Shown here: one piece after another, positions 21,501-31,015 of the stretch
Numbering within the stretch: the stretch's first letter is position 1
Layout: the number at the start of each line of letters is the position of its first letter
Virus record (IMG/VR): IMGVR_UViG_3300009441_000007
Strand: one strand, 5' to 3'
Origin: an uncultured virus (IMG/VR IMGVR_UViG_3300009441_000007)
Taxonomy: Duplodnaviria; Heunggongvirae; Uroviricota; Caudoviricetes
DNA: 64,000 nt
Program-made: the position numbers and the translations under genes
Notes under the pieces: model-generated
Told to the model about the DNA's origin: nothing
Seen by the model: only the letters and a program-made list of their open reading frames with translations
Databases searched by the model: none

Positions 21501-24500
21501 TACTCCGAATAGTTCATTCTCTACAGACGTAGAATACTATTTGCCGAGGGTTGACAAACTTGTAATCAGTAAGTCCGGTACGATGAGAATAGTCGAAGGC
21601 GTTTCTAGTCTGCCTGCTAAACCACCGGCACTTGGTGATGCAATGCAGATTGCTGAAATACAAGTTCCACCTTTCCCATCATTGGCGCCCGCGTTTGCAG
21701 AGAGATATGGTCAAGAATTAAATGCCGTCTATCACAAATTAAAAGGGCAAAACAAACGATATTCTATGAGGGATATTGGTGCCATAGAAAAGAGAATTAA
21801 TAGACTAGAATATTATCTCGCTCTAAGTCTGATGGAGATGCAAGCTAAAGACCAGATAATTTTGGATTCAAACGGGAATGACCGATTCAAAAATGGTATC
21901 TATGTTAACCCATTTGATAGTGATTTATTAAGTGATTTGTCTGCGCCAGAGTATTCAGCTTCCTATGATTCGTCTAGGAAACGATTGGGGCCTTCATTCA
22001 ATGACTTCCAAGTTGACTTGATATTAAACCCTTCACATGGTACTTCTGGTTGGACTCAACAAGGTAGTATGATTACTAGACCGTATACATTAAGTGCTGG
22101 TAACGAAAATCGATTTGCGACCAAAGTACGAAACTGCGTTGGCGAATTGCAGTTTACCTATGATGGTGAGATGGATGTTCACCCTCGTTCTGACACTGGT
22201 AGTCAGATGAAAACCGCAATGCAAAAAAATACAATCACATCCTCCAATGGAACGAATATCGCTGACCAGATAAAATTGGTTAACTCTTCTAAGGATGTTG
22301 TGGGATTTGAAACTAACTTTGAGATGGGGGCCTTAACCGCTGACAACAAATTCGTTGTCGGTCAGACCAGAACTAACAGCAGAGAAGCCATCACCATCGA
22401 TGGTGGTGGTGATGCCAGTGGCACAATCACTGGGGATGTCGCTGGTGGTGGTATCACCTCTATAGGTAATCGCGCAAGAAGTGGGTGGTTTGAACAGGTC
22501 GGCGAATCTTCAATCGGAGGAGATATTGGTGGTAACATTAAGGCCAGTGTGTCTCTGAATCAGACAATGGAAGTATCTGACATTCAACAAACTACCATCA
22601 ATATGATTCAAACCGCAGAAGCTGGGCCCATCCATAAAGTGACCAACAATATGGGTACGTCTGTAAAAGACGTAAGTTTGTTGCCTAACATGTCGGGAAA
22701 TAAGGTTGGTGTTAGGGTTCGCAGATTGAAACCCAATACACGACTGTACTTCTTCTTTGATGATATTGACCAAACTCCTCGATGTTTGCCATGTGATGCT
22801 GTCAAATTTGACGCGCTACTCCCTACATGGAAAGCTTCAGGAAACCGTTCAGCGGTGATAATGGAACAGACTAAGTTGACTGGCGTGCCACTGGGCGGTG
22901 CATCAAATGTTTCCAAAAATTACAACTACACGCCAACTGAACCCGCTGTATTTGGTTCACCCATCCACACCGACCAAAATGGTGACGCAGCATTTGTCTA
23001 CCACTTACCTCGCGGTCAGGTGCAGGGGGACGGTCAGTATGTATCGGCAGATTTAGGTACTCCTACATTTGGTGTAGGTACTCGTAGAATGCGAGTAACG
23101 GATGACCCAACAGATAGATTTAACTTTACAACGACATCGGCAGAAGAAACTTACTCCGCTTTCTCTATACAATCATGGACACAACAAACAGAACTTGTGA
23201 TAGAAACCCACACGGTTAAACTTGGTGTTCGGCGGGATGCGGAGAATCCACAGACCAAACTTGTTGGTACTGTAGTAACCGATGTTAACCTGCAACCTGG
23301 CTCAATGTCAGTTGATGCGAGTTTGGATGCTAGTATTGATGCAACTAACCCGTCATTTATTCATCACCCGCCAGTATTCCAAGGTGACCCAATCGCACAG
23401 ACATTCGGTATTGGTAATGCACCAAATGGTGCGTTCGTCAAGAAGGTTAGAGTATTCTTTAGGGACAGGCCCGGACAAACTGCAAACACGGTAAATACTG
23501 CCACCAATACGAGTAAGGGTATCACATGTGAAATCAGAAAAGTTTTGAATGGTTTCCCGACTGCCACGGTTCTGGCTGGTGCTCGGAAATTCTTGAAACA
23601 CACCGAAGTAAAAACTACCCCAGACACATCTGGTGGCAAACAAACAAACTACACATATACCGAACAGTATGCTACTGACTTTGAGTTTGATGAACCGATT
23701 TATGTTGCACCAAACGAAGAATATGCATTCGTTCTTTTACCACAGGCGAATGACCCGAACTACAATATTTGGGTTTCCAAGTTGGGTGAAAATAAGATAG
23801 GAACTACTCAGAGAGTTACCGCAGAAGAAACTACCATTGGTGGTATGTTGTTTACATCATCTAACAACAGGGCATGGAGTCCCCACCAAACAGAAGATAT
23901 TAAATATGTTGTATTCTACGAACAATTTACCGTGGGTACTGGAACAGTAGAATTTACAAATGATGATGCTGAGTATACCATTTGTAGTGACTACTTGAAC
24001 GGTAGACCCGTTGACGGACAGACTGTACACGCATTCAAAGTGGGTATTGTATCTGGGGGTTCTGGGTATAGTGTAAACAATATTATCACGCTGAATGGAA
24101 TTTCAAAAACAGATTCGGCCGAGAATCACTTAAACGGGAGTGGCGTGAAACTAAAAGTCACCGCTGTTTCCGGTGGTGCAGTAACTGGTGCGGTAGTTGT
24201 TGATGGTGGAGTAGGATTCAAGTTGGTACTTGACAAAGACTCCCCCGTCATTCTTGACCCAGATACTACAGGACAATCATCCGTTGCGCCCGCTGGTGCT
24301 TCTGGTGCTACCTTCTCGCTCAAGATGAAGTATGGTAACGTGGAAGAAGTTGACCCGTTAACAGAGAAAATAGACATTACCTATAACAGATTAACTGTTG
24401 CTGCCGCTCATAGTGACGCAGACAGATTCTTTGCTGCGAATGATGTTCTTGGTACAGGTGAACCACTCACCGCCGGTGGTGAAATAGGTTACAATAGAAA

Positions 24501-25698
24501 CACTACTTTCAAGATTGCAAGTATCTATAATAAGGTCTTCAATAACTTCAGAACAAATATGACGGCTAAAGAATTCCCAGAAGCGCAGTTAGGTTATAAA
24601 ATCTGTTCTACTAATTCAGTCGGTGCTAGTACCGCTGGGACAACATTCACTGACATGCTTCCTGTTGTGAGACAGGGGTTGACCACAGAAAAGGCAGTAT
24701 ATTCTGCGTCAAAAGAAGCTGCATTTAGTGGTGGTAACCGATTGGCGAAGAAGAGTTATCGACACCGCTACTCGTTGAATACAACGACTGCTGACTTATC
24801 GCCGGTGCTTTCTCTCTATCGTAATTCTGTAATTACTAGGAGTTATGAGATAAACAATGATACCACGAATGAAACAGGTAACGCCGGTAATGCAAAATCG
24901 AAATTCCTTTCTAGGGTAGTACGACTTGCTGATGGACAGGAAGCTGAAGATGTGAGACTTTCAGTCGCGCTGAGGATGCCGCAGGGTTCAAGTTTCAAGA
25001 TTTACTTTAAGGGACAGGCTCAGGAAGATGACGGAAATTTCCAACGAGATTTACCTTGGGTAGAAATGGAGTATGATGATACTACTCCTGCTGGATTCTC
25101 GATGGCACAGAATCAATTCATCGACTTCAACTTTAAACTTCCTAGTACCGCTACTGATTCTGCTGGGGTGTTTACATACTCCAGTAGTCGTGTAAATGCA
25201 CTAACGATTGGTACTGCTGGTAGTGGTATTGCTAATACAAGTGATGTGGATTTCTTCATAAGTGGGGGTGGCACGCCAAGCGCACAGGCAGCAATCAAGA
25301 CTACGACATTGAATAATGGTGGACTCTCCACTGTCGAGATTGTTAACCCAGGCCGTGGATATGGGTCTGCACCAACAATCAAGGTATTTAGAGACCATAC
25401 AGTAAGTACTCAATTTGCGGTCAACACTATTGTTGCTCACACCAATGGCAAGATATACAAAGCAACAATCGGTGGGACATCTGGTGCCGCTTCTCCGCCT
25501 ACGCACACAAGTGGAACTGCGACTGATGGTGGTATAACGTGGACATTCTTGGGAACAAGACCCGTAGTAACCGCTACTGTCGCCGCTACTAGTTTCAAGA
25601 GATTTAAATACTTCTCTGCGAAACTGGTCATGCTTTCTACAAATACTTCTGTAATACCAGAAGCAAAACAGTTGAGGATTATCGCCTTACAGGCGTGA
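18586..25698 (+). CDS. Large virion structural protein, VrlC/DUF4815-like
   Basis: LNV.PYY.DF....F.RV.FKPG..VQARELTQLQ, APGADR, YYLPR.DK, RYSMRDIG.IEKRI.RLEYY..LSL.E, DPIAQTF, LRIIAL C-terminus. Confidence 0.8.
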   Translation: MAIDLNVTPYYNDFTAAKKFNRVVFKPGVAVQARELTQLQDYMLNTIKEFGDYVFKDGATVRGGSGYPILIPYIKINDLDSGSVAVSNDTLSDYVGDTITGGTTGIKAEVLSVLTGSDTDIVKKKTLYLNYTKGNESELGTIASSIRFESGETLTVTSSVSARNGKTFVVDSNTDNASFTKNFYGYAIDFVIEEGIVYAQGKFIAHDTQKIRLDPFNMNVNYFVGIEVTESIQSSDDDTSLLDPATGAYNYNAPGADRTKVDTVISKVPFGKNYSTSTVYEIGEFISNEDNIYEVTTAGTSNTSGSGPVHTTGNSTDGSVVFKYFEFPSGFTALYKVQNGQISKKYDSDIAELAELGKVFAAEKRESDGDYVVEPFTIQIIEHLKTIKGITFNTSVNTAYAVGQFVNNANKLYEVTLSGTSAAGSPPTHTSGEVLSGSVSFGYRGASYKLDNNGYHFSNNPVDAGSIDHLVALVSPGIAYADGYRREFYAKTPIKIRKGTSTEVKEGLDVTMGYGNYFNVKEVAGVFNIEDGAICNIGYYGSVGSQTAATAVTDATFGAHAALQSTVGTCRVRALKRASGTVGTATCQYRLFVYDVKITGGSLKDARSIQFPNSTDSGFADIILQDNNGDGTADEAVLFGTEYNKLIYPTPWQATKTLAAAAGGTYDTAYYYTEEFNVTVASNGTFSLSTSSLGSGVIFPFTAGSMTQALLDNKIHMVCKTTGITNLGYGTVSGSEGRVARLTPAMVTAVSSGQSMSFDMGNPSAGYDAYLQVEVKVVDAIPVPKAINIGRYVKLDTRDNVGGANGPFPLGIVDVLNIEAVYVSSDMNNWADDTDAVKPVNYINDFILDNGQSDNFYGHARLIKKGSSTLTTASRLLTVKLSHFTANYGASTGTYFAKNSYPIDDSGASGIYTFEIPTFSSERLGEYQLRDAIDFRPRVKGTAVSTTSLAAATNNPYHTDDLDLPTNGCQFPTPNSSFSTDVEYYLPRVDKLVISKSGTMRIVEGVSSLPAKPPALGDAMQIAEIQVPPFPSLAPAFAERYGQELNAVYHKLKGQNKRYSMRDIGAIEKRINRLEYYLALSLMEMQAKDQIILDSNGNDRFKNGIYVNPFDSDLLSDLSAPEYSASYDSSRKRLGPSFNDFQVDLILNPSHGTSGWTQQGSMITRPYTLSAGNENRFATKVRNCVGELQFTYDGEMDVHPRSDTGSQMKTAMQKNTITSSNGTNIADQIKLVNSSKDVVGFETNFEMGALTADNKFVVGQTRTNSREAITIDGGGDASGTITGDVAGGGITSIGNRARSGWFEQVGESSIGGDIGGNIKASVSLNQTMEVSDIQQTTINMIQTAEAGPIHKVTNNMGTSVKDVSLLPNMSGNKVGVRVRRLKPNTRLYFFFDDIDQTPRCLPCDAVKFDALLPTWKASGNRSAVIMEQTKLTGVPLGGASNVSKNYNYTPTEPAVFGSPIHTDQNGDAAFVYHLPRGQVQGDGQYVSADLGTPTFGVGTRRMRVTDDPTDRFNFTTTSAEETYSAFSIQSWTQQTELVIETHTVKLGVRRDAENPQTKLVGTVVTDVNLQPGSMSVDASLDASIDATNPSFIHHPPVFQGDPIAQTFGIGNAPNGAFVKKVRVFFRDRPGQTANTVNTATNTSKGITCEIRKVLNGFPTATVLAGARKFLKHTEVKTTPDTSGGKQTNYTYTEQYATDFEFDEPIYVAPNEEYAFVLLPQANDPNYNIWVSKLGENKIGTTQRVTAEETTIGGMLFTSSNNRAWSPHQTEDIKYVVFYEQFTVGTGTVEFTNDDAEYTICSDYLNGRPVDGQTVHAFKVGIVSGGSGYSVNNIITLNGISKTDSAENHLNGSGVKLKVTAVSGGAVTGAVVVDGGVGFKLVLDKDSPVILDPDTTGQSSVAPAGASGATFSLKMKYGNVEEVDPLTEKIDITYNRLTVAAAHSDADRFFAANDVLGTGEPLTAGGEIGYNRNTTFKIASIYNKVFNNFRTNMTAKEFPEAQLGYKICSTNSVGASTAGTTFTDMLPVVRQGLTTEKAVYSASKEAAFSGGNRLAKKSYRHRYSLNTTTADLSPVLSLYRNSVITRSYEINNDTTNETGNAGNAKSKFLSRVVRLADGQEAEDVRLSVALRMPQGSSFKIYFKGQAQEDDGNFQRDLPWVEMEYDDTTPAGFSMAQNQFIDFNFKLPSTATDSAGVFTYSSSRVNALTIGTAGSGIANTSDVDFFISGGGTPSAQAAIKTTTLNNGGLSTVEIVNPGRGYGSAPTIKVFRDHTVSTQFAVNTIVAHTNGKIYKATIGGTSGAASPPTHTSGTATDGGITWTFLGTRPVVTATVAATSFKRFKYFSAKLVMLSTNTSVIPEAKQLRIIALQA

Positions 25699-25707
25699 TA
25701 AATAACT

Positions 25708-25932
25708 ATGAAAACTCAGGTATCTAGTTCAGAGTACGAAAGAGACAAGACATCTGGTGGTCTTATTAACGTGGATCATAATGGGTTGGCTGCATACAAA
25801 AAGAGAAAGTTTTTATCGAACAAACGGACAACTCAGATAGATGAAATGTCGAATGATATAAATAGTCTCAAAGAAGATTTCCAAGAAATCAAAAGCATTT
25901 TAATGCAACTTGTTAATAATATTGATAAATAA
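25708..25932 (+). CDS. Small coiled-coil protein commonly following VrlC-like genes
   Basis: RD..SG.LIN.D...L..YK, coiled-coil C-terminus. Confidence 0.7.
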   Translation: MKTQVSSSEYERDKTSGGLINVDHNGLAAYKKRKFLSNKRTTQIDEMSNDINSLKEDFQEIKSILMQLVNNIDK

Positions 25933-25947
25933 CAGATAGGGACGAAC

Positions 25948-26793
25948 ATGACTACTATAACACTCAGAGCTTCCAAGGGTTCTCCACTTACCAATACTGA
26001 GGTGGATACTAACTTTAGTAACCTCAACAATGATAAGTATGAATCTGGAAACAATGTTGTGGTTGGGACTCTTACTGCTAGTGGTAATGTTACATTTGGC
26101 ATCGCTGCCACTGTATCCGCTGCTGGTAGTACTCAGGGTAACGCAACCGCATTAACTAAAACATATAATATCGTATCGACTGCTTCATTGAACCAAGGTA
26201 TACTTCTACCTTCTGCCGCTGCTGGTCTGGTAATAAACATCTACAATGTGAGTGGGGCTACTATCAAAGTATATCCCGCTTCTACAGAAACCATCGATGG
26301 TGGTTCTGCAAACGCCCCCGTATCAGTAGTAACTGCTAATGGTGCTGAGTTGATAGGTGTTAGTACTGGTGGATGGAGACAAGTAGGTTCTGGTGGAACC
26401 AATGTCGCAGACTTGATAGTAAATACAAGTGTTCAATTACTTGGTTCAACACAATTTGGTGTGACTGCTGCGGTATCTACTGCCGGTTCTGGTCAAGGTG
26501 ATGCAACTGGGTTGACAGAAACAATGAATGTAATCGGCACTGTCGGTGCTGCCACGCAGGGTGTTGTTTTACCAACCGCCGCTGCTGGTTTACATCTTGT
26601 TGTATCGAATACTACCACCACAGACTGTAAATTGTATCCCGCGAGTTCCGATAAGATTGATGGTGGATCGGCAAACGCTGCTGTAACACTACCTGCTAAG
26701 ACTACATTTACTTTAACATGTAAAGATGCAACGGATTGGATTAAACATAGAGGCCTCGCCGTCTATAATTCATCTGGTACGTTACTTAATTAA
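25948..26793 (+). CDS. Tail fibre-like structural protein with internal domain duplication
   Basis: TLR..KGSPLT..EVD.NF.NLN fibre-type N-terminus; two copies of FG....VS.AGS.QG.AT.LT...QG..LP.AAAGL...YPAS...IDGGSANA. Confidence 0.65.
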   Translation: MTTITLRASKGSPLTNTEVDTNFSNLNNDKYESGNNVVVGTLTASGNVTFGIAATVSAAGSTQGNATALTKTYNIVSTASLNQGILLPSAAAGLVINIYNVSGATIKVYPASTETIDGGSANAPVSVVTANGAELIGVSTGGWRQVGSGGTNVADLIVNTSVQLLGSTQFGVTAAVSTAGSGQGDATGLTETMNVIGTVGAATQGVVLPTAAAGLHLVVSNTTTTDCKLYPASSDKIDGGSANAAVTLPAKTTFTLTCKDATDWIKHRGLAVYNSSGTLLN

Positions 26794-26804
26794 GGAGAAC
26801 TTGA

Positions 26805-27779
26805 ATGGCAGGCCCAGTAACATTAAAAGCAGGAGCTTATCCAGCTGCAGCGGGAGGACTTCAAGGACTCCGCGAGTTGACCGCAGTCGAAATAAAGAAC
26901 CAAGTAGCGGGAGTGGTGACTCTAAAATTTGCCACCGATACTGATGGTAACGGTACTGGCGAACTCAAAATAGTTACGGGTGGTTCTGCCGCAGCAACCG
27001 AAGTAGGAACATTCTCAAACAGAGAAAGAAATGAAACGGTAGGAACACACCCCGCTGGTGGAGCTATAACAACTACCGTCTATCGATTGAATCAGGCTAC
27101 TGGTGCTGTTAGTGAAAGTTCTCAAATCAACCCTCTGAGGTGGACAGGAACGTCCGTAGAACAAGCCACAGACACGGAACTAGATACAGAAGTACTAGAC
27201 CTCGTTATAACTGCAATGTGCGCTGAGGATGCAAATACGGTTGGCCAATACAAAATTGGAACATCTTCACCCTCCGGTGGAACTTGGACGAGTCGGTACA
27301 CGTTTACTGAAACTCAGGTTGATGGAACAGACGTAGCTTACAATCTTTACCAAAAAACTGCGCCCACTACTGCTGCTGGTACAGACACGAACATTCTATT
27401 GAAAGCCGCTACGGCAGGTGAACCGCAGGAAATGTCTGCTGCAAACCTACAAACATTAGTTCCCGCATTCAGAAACCGAATCATTGCTGGTGGTGTTGGA
27501 AAATACTTACTGCAAACTGGTTCACCTTCTGCAACTGGAACTTGGGTACAGATGGGTTCAACCATGACTGACCAGTTAAAGAGTATCTCTAATGTGAACT
27601 ACTCTGGAAACTACACTGGTTCTTATACTGGTTACTACAATAGATTCTTTGCTGGATTCCTTAACGGTGCTTATGCCGGTTCATACTCTGGTACATACAC
27701 TGGTACTTACGCTGGTGCAACTGTACTGACATCTAGTGCTACTCAGGAAACGAAACAACTGTTCATACGAACCGCTTAA
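26805..27779 (+). CDS. Probable virion protein with C-terminal Tyr-x-Gly-x repeats
   Basis: Thr/Gly-rich ORF with AAGGAG SD; ends ...YSGNYTGSYTGYY...YAGSYSGTYTGTYAG... Confidence 0.6.
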   Translation: MAGPVTLKAGAYPAAAGGLQGLRELTAVEIKNQVAGVVTLKFATDTDGNGTGELKIVTGGSAAATEVGTFSNRERNETVGTHPAGGAITTTVYRLNQATGAVSESSQINPLRWTGTSVEQATDTELDTEVLDLVITAMCAEDANTVGQYKIGTSSPSGGTWTSRYTFTETQVDGTDVAYNLYQKTAPTTAAGTDTNILLKAATAGEPQEMSAANLQTLVPAFRNRIIAGGVGKYLLQTGSPSATGTWVQMGSTMTDQLKSISNVNYSGNYTGSYTGYYNRFFAGFLNGAYAGSYSGTYTGTYAGATVLTSSATQETKQLFIRTA

Positions 27780-27785
27780 ATGTGT

Positions 27786-27793
27786 TATAAATA
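27786..27793 (+). promoter_or_regulatory. T4 late promoter TATAAATA followed by a stem-loop
   Basis: Exact consensus; hairpin ATAGGGG-TA-GGTG...CACC-G-CCCCTAT directly downstream. Confidence 0.7.
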
Positions 27794-27844
27794 TAGGGGT
27801 AGGTGATATCAACACCGCCCCTATTTAAATTATGAGGATTTATT

Positions 27845-28351
27845 ATGACCGAAAACACTCCGAAGTACCGCAACCCCCGATGGATAGATAAAGAAACCCG
27901 TTCACTATTTTGTGAAATATTGGTTGGTGAATCATATCGGCCCGCTCAAATCAATGTTGGTAACATAACAGAAGGATTGGTTAATGCCGACTTCACTGCC
28001 ATCTTGGAAGAGTTCAGTGAAGAAGATATTCAATCAAACACCGATGCCCATGTAATTGCCTGTGAAGAGAATTCAGAGAAGGAAGACCAGCAACGAGAAG
28101 TTCACAAGAACCGATTGATGCAAGAAGCCCTGTTCAATATGAAATTGGAAGCATTTGAAATCCCTGCCATCAAAGACTCAGACGATAAACGATTCAAGAA
28201 ATTGATTCGCAAATCAAAGACTCAGTTAGAAGTTCAGGCTTATGTAACCATGTTACTACAGTCAGAAGCACTCTATGACTCACCAAATACATTCAAACCA
28301 GATGGTACGTTCCCAGAACTCGCCGCGCAGGACATTGCCGAAAATGACTAA
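27845..28351 (+). CDS. Hypothetical protein
   Basis: 168-aa ORF with GAGG SD, downstream of a late promoter; LF..KL.AFEI..IK.S motif. Confidence 0.65.
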   Translation: MTENTPKYRNPRWIDKETRSLFCEILVGESYRPAQINVGNITEGLVNADFTAILEEFSEEDIQSNTDAHVIACEENSEKEDQQREVHKNRLMQEALFNMKLEAFEIPAIKDSDDKRFKKLIRKSKTQLEVQAYVTMLLQSEALYDSPNTFKPDGTFPELAAQDIAEND

Positions 28352-29063
28352 GGGCTACATATATGTAGCTTCTCTTAGAAAAGATTATTACATCGCTGCG
28401 AAAAAATCCGCAGAGTCCCTCAAAGATTTCTATCCAGAAGCTAACGTAACTCTATTCACTCACGCAGATTGGGTAGAACTCGATGACTACAAACTCTTTG
28501 ACCAGATAAGAACGCATGACGGGTTGGGCAATGATATGCCTATGAACAACCGAGCAAAGTTGTGGGCGTTGTCTACAAGTCCATACGATGTCACGATGTA
28601 TCTAGACTGTGACACTATGATAGAACACGAAGACATTAGATATGCATTCGACCATCTAAAAGACAACGATGTGATATTCACACTGAACCGCCCCTACAAT
28701 GCAAAGATAACAAAACTGAATGATGATGAGAGTATGAAATACCACTGCGGTATCTTTGTATATCGCAAGAACAAAGCAACAACAAAGTTGATGGATGATT
28801 GGTACAAGTATTATTTAATTCAAAGTGCGCCGATGCATGATGTCAGTCCGTATCCAGAATCGGTCAAACCGTGGGATACATTTACGATGTGGTACTTGCT
28901 AAACAAAACGGCACACAAAGATACCGTTACTGTTGGAGAGTTTGAGTCACCCGATGCTAGGTGGAATTTTGTTGTCGGTCAGAAACCAGAAGAATTGGAT
29001 GGCACCGAAGTTATAATTAGACATTATCTACTGAATAGGCATATAGATAAATGGAAACATTGA
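28344..29063 (+). CDS. GT-A fold glycosyltransferase-like protein (nucleotide-diphospho-sugar transferase)
   Basis: GYIYVAS, KLWAL..SPYD.TMYLDCD (DxD), HCG.F.Y, WDTF, WN; start refined to MTKGY. Confidence 0.7.
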   Translation: MTKGYIYVASLRKDYYIAAKKSAESLKDFYPEANVTLFTHADWVELDDYKLFDQIRTHDGLGNDMPMNNRAKLWALSTSPYDVTMYLDCDTMIEHEDIRYAFDHLKDNDVIFTLNRPYNAKITKLNDDESMKYHCGIFVYRKNKATTKLMDDWYKYYLIQSAPMHDVSPYPESVKPWDTFTMWYLLNKTAHKDTVTVGEFESPDARWNFVVGQKPEELDGTEVIIRHYLLNRHIDKWKH

Positions 29064-29674
29064 AGGTAGTAAACCCAGAGTTGTTGGACATTCTTCACGA
29101 GTGGATGGATTTCTACGATGAACATTCGTTCGACAATGATTTACCCTTGGACGAAAGACGATTCGGTGATAGGGGCATGGAATATTATACCTCAGAAGAA
29201 TATCTCAAAGAAGTTCAGTCTAAGGGATTAGACCACAAGGGCCCGCCGGAGTTTGCAAAGGTATGCGACTTTCACAATACACATGGCGTCAACAAAGAAC
29301 TTATGCGGAAATCTTTATCTACATGCGCGGAGTTGTCTGCTTGGTTATGTGCGAAATTTAATGCCGTCCATGTCTATTATCCCGCCGGTGGTTTCATGGC
29401 GTGGCATAACAATTGGGATGTGCCTGGCTATAATATTCTTATGTCTCACAGTGAAGGCACTGGATTCTTCCGGCATGTAAAGGACGGCAAAGTCGAGACC
29501 ATCACTGACCCAGTGGGTTGGAATATCAAGATAGGGTATTATGGTGGTAAAGAAGAACCATACTGGCACACCGCTGGAAGTACCGGCCCTAGACAAACAT
29601 TTGGGTTTGTTATCCCCCACAAAGGATTGTGGGAGGACATGATAAAAGACATCACCACCATAAATGCAGTCTAG
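29051..29674 (+). CDS. Double-stranded beta-helix (2OG-Fe(II) oxygenase/cupin-like) protein
   Basis: YYP.GGFM.WHNN...G.NI ... YWH.A....R.T.GF pattern (H-x-N...H...R). Confidence 0.5.
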   Translation: METLKVVNPELLDILHEWMDFYDEHSFDNDLPLDERRFGDRGMEYYTSEEYLKEVQSKGLDHKGPPEFAKVCDFHNTHGVNKELMRKSLSTCAELSAWLCAKFNAVHVYYPAGGFMAWHNNWDVPGYNILMSHSEGTGFFRHVKDGKVETITDPVGWNIKIGYYGGKEEPYWHTAGSTGPRQTFGFVIPHKGLWEDMIKDITTINAV

Positions 29675-30360
29675 AAGAAACCTTCTCTCTGGCCGATAAT
29701 CATATATCGGTCAAAGTCTTTCTTTCCTTCCCACGAGTAATATACTTGTTGTTTGGTTCCCTCGTACCCACACTCTGATATACCCACCTGTTCCTTCAGT
29801 GCGTCTATAGAGTTGACACAGTTGATGCCATACATCTCTTCAACCACGTTTGAATTCTGCATTGCATAGACTGCGTTGGGATTCTTGCCGTTGAGTTCTG
29901 TTAACGGATACATCTGTTCCGTGTGAATACAAATTACCACATCAACATCAATCTTGTTTAGATTCTCAAACTCAAATGGGATGTCCATGTTCCAATGTCG
30001 GATGTTTACAAACTTCTCTTGGGCGTAATATTTGTGGAATGACTTGGACAGAGTAATACTTTCCTCATCCATATCGACTAGGTGTATCTGACCTACATCT
30101 AAATTCTCACATAGAAGAGGAACCATAGGAACACCCAACCAAGAATTCAGTATTAATATTCTGAGGTTTCCTTGTTTAGTATAATATTCTTCTAAGTATT
30201 TTTTAAGTTCTTCAACCAACCAGATTGAGGCCTCCATATTATTTTCTTGTAGAGACTGCCTAAAATCTGTTAGTTTATGGGGCATTTTGTTTTCTATAAT
30301 ATGTAACGCTTCACCCCAGTGTTTCAAATTATTCAAAAAATTAAAATTTAACATCTTCAC
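29671..30360 (-). CDS. Class I SAM-dependent methyltransferase-like protein
   Basis: WL...L, ILILNSWLG (degenerate motif I), I.LVDMD, D.VIC..TEQM, QNSN, NCV, RYMIIG. Confidence 0.5.
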   Translation of the reverse strand: MKMLNFNFLNNLKHWGEALHIIENKMPHKLTDFRQSLQENNMEASIWLVEELKKYLEEYYTKQGNLRILILNSWLGVPMVPLLCENLDVGQIHLVDMDEESITLSKSFHKYYAQEKFVNIRHWNMDIPFEFENLNKIDVDVVICIHTEQMYPLTELNGKNPNAVYAMQNSNVVEEMYGINCVNSIDALKEQVGISECGYEGTKQQVYYSWEGKKDFDRYMIIGQREGFF

Positions 30361-31015
30361 CTTTTCCCATTGAGTCGAAAATACAAATGTATGGTAGTTC
30401 CCTGTAGGTATGTTTTTCTATGTCGTGTGGAAATATATAGCCTTGGTTAAAACTATACACCCAACCGATAGGAAACAATTTGATTTTGGTTATTCTTCTG
30501 TTGTAGAAGAAGTTGTCAAGACCACGATAGTACCATAGTATTTGTTTTCGATGTTTATTAAAGTATTCTGTAATCTCTTCCGTGTTCAACTCATCATTCC
30601 ACCTAAGAACCGAAGAGTTTAGATCGGTATATTTATGCGGAATGTGTCTAGTGTTTTTATAAGAAGATTCTAAGTCGTGCCACCATGTCTTCACGAAACA
30701 AAGATTATCTTCTGGTTCGTAGTTCACAATTGAGTCTATGTTTTGTTGTAGTATAGTATCGATGTCAAAGAACATCTTCTCTCCCTTCTGGGAGACAATA
30801 CTAGTATCAAAGAGATACATCTTGTTCCACCACTTAGCCAGTTTGTTTCCGCCCGGCAAAGCTAACGGTGTAATGTTTTCGTCCAATCCTTTTGGATTTT
30901 CCGTCAGACAAAAGAAATTAAAGTCGCAAGTCACAAACTCTAGACACGCTTCATAGATTTTGTTTACATGTTGGTGATTGTATTTCTCACCCCATTTTAC
31001 CGTGTAAATATTCAT
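30341..31015 (-). CDS. Glycosyltransferase-like protein (KWG.KY family, GT-A)
   Basis: VKWGEKY...V, F.CLTENP.G, WWNK..LF, FFDIDT (DxD), NSSV; start refined to MNIYTVKWG overlapping upstream TAA. Confidence 0.75.
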   Translation of the reverse strand: MNIYTVKWGEKYNHQHVNKIYEACLEFVTCDFNFFCLTENPKGLDENITPLALPGGNKLAKWWNKMYLFDTSIVSQKGEKMFFDIDTILQQNIDSIVNYEPEDNLCFVKTWWHDLESSYKNTRHIPHKYTDLNSSVLRWNDELNTEEITEYFNKHRKQILWYYRGLDNFFYNRRITKIKLFPIGWVYSFNQGYIFPHDIEKHTYRELPYICIFDSMGKGEDVKF

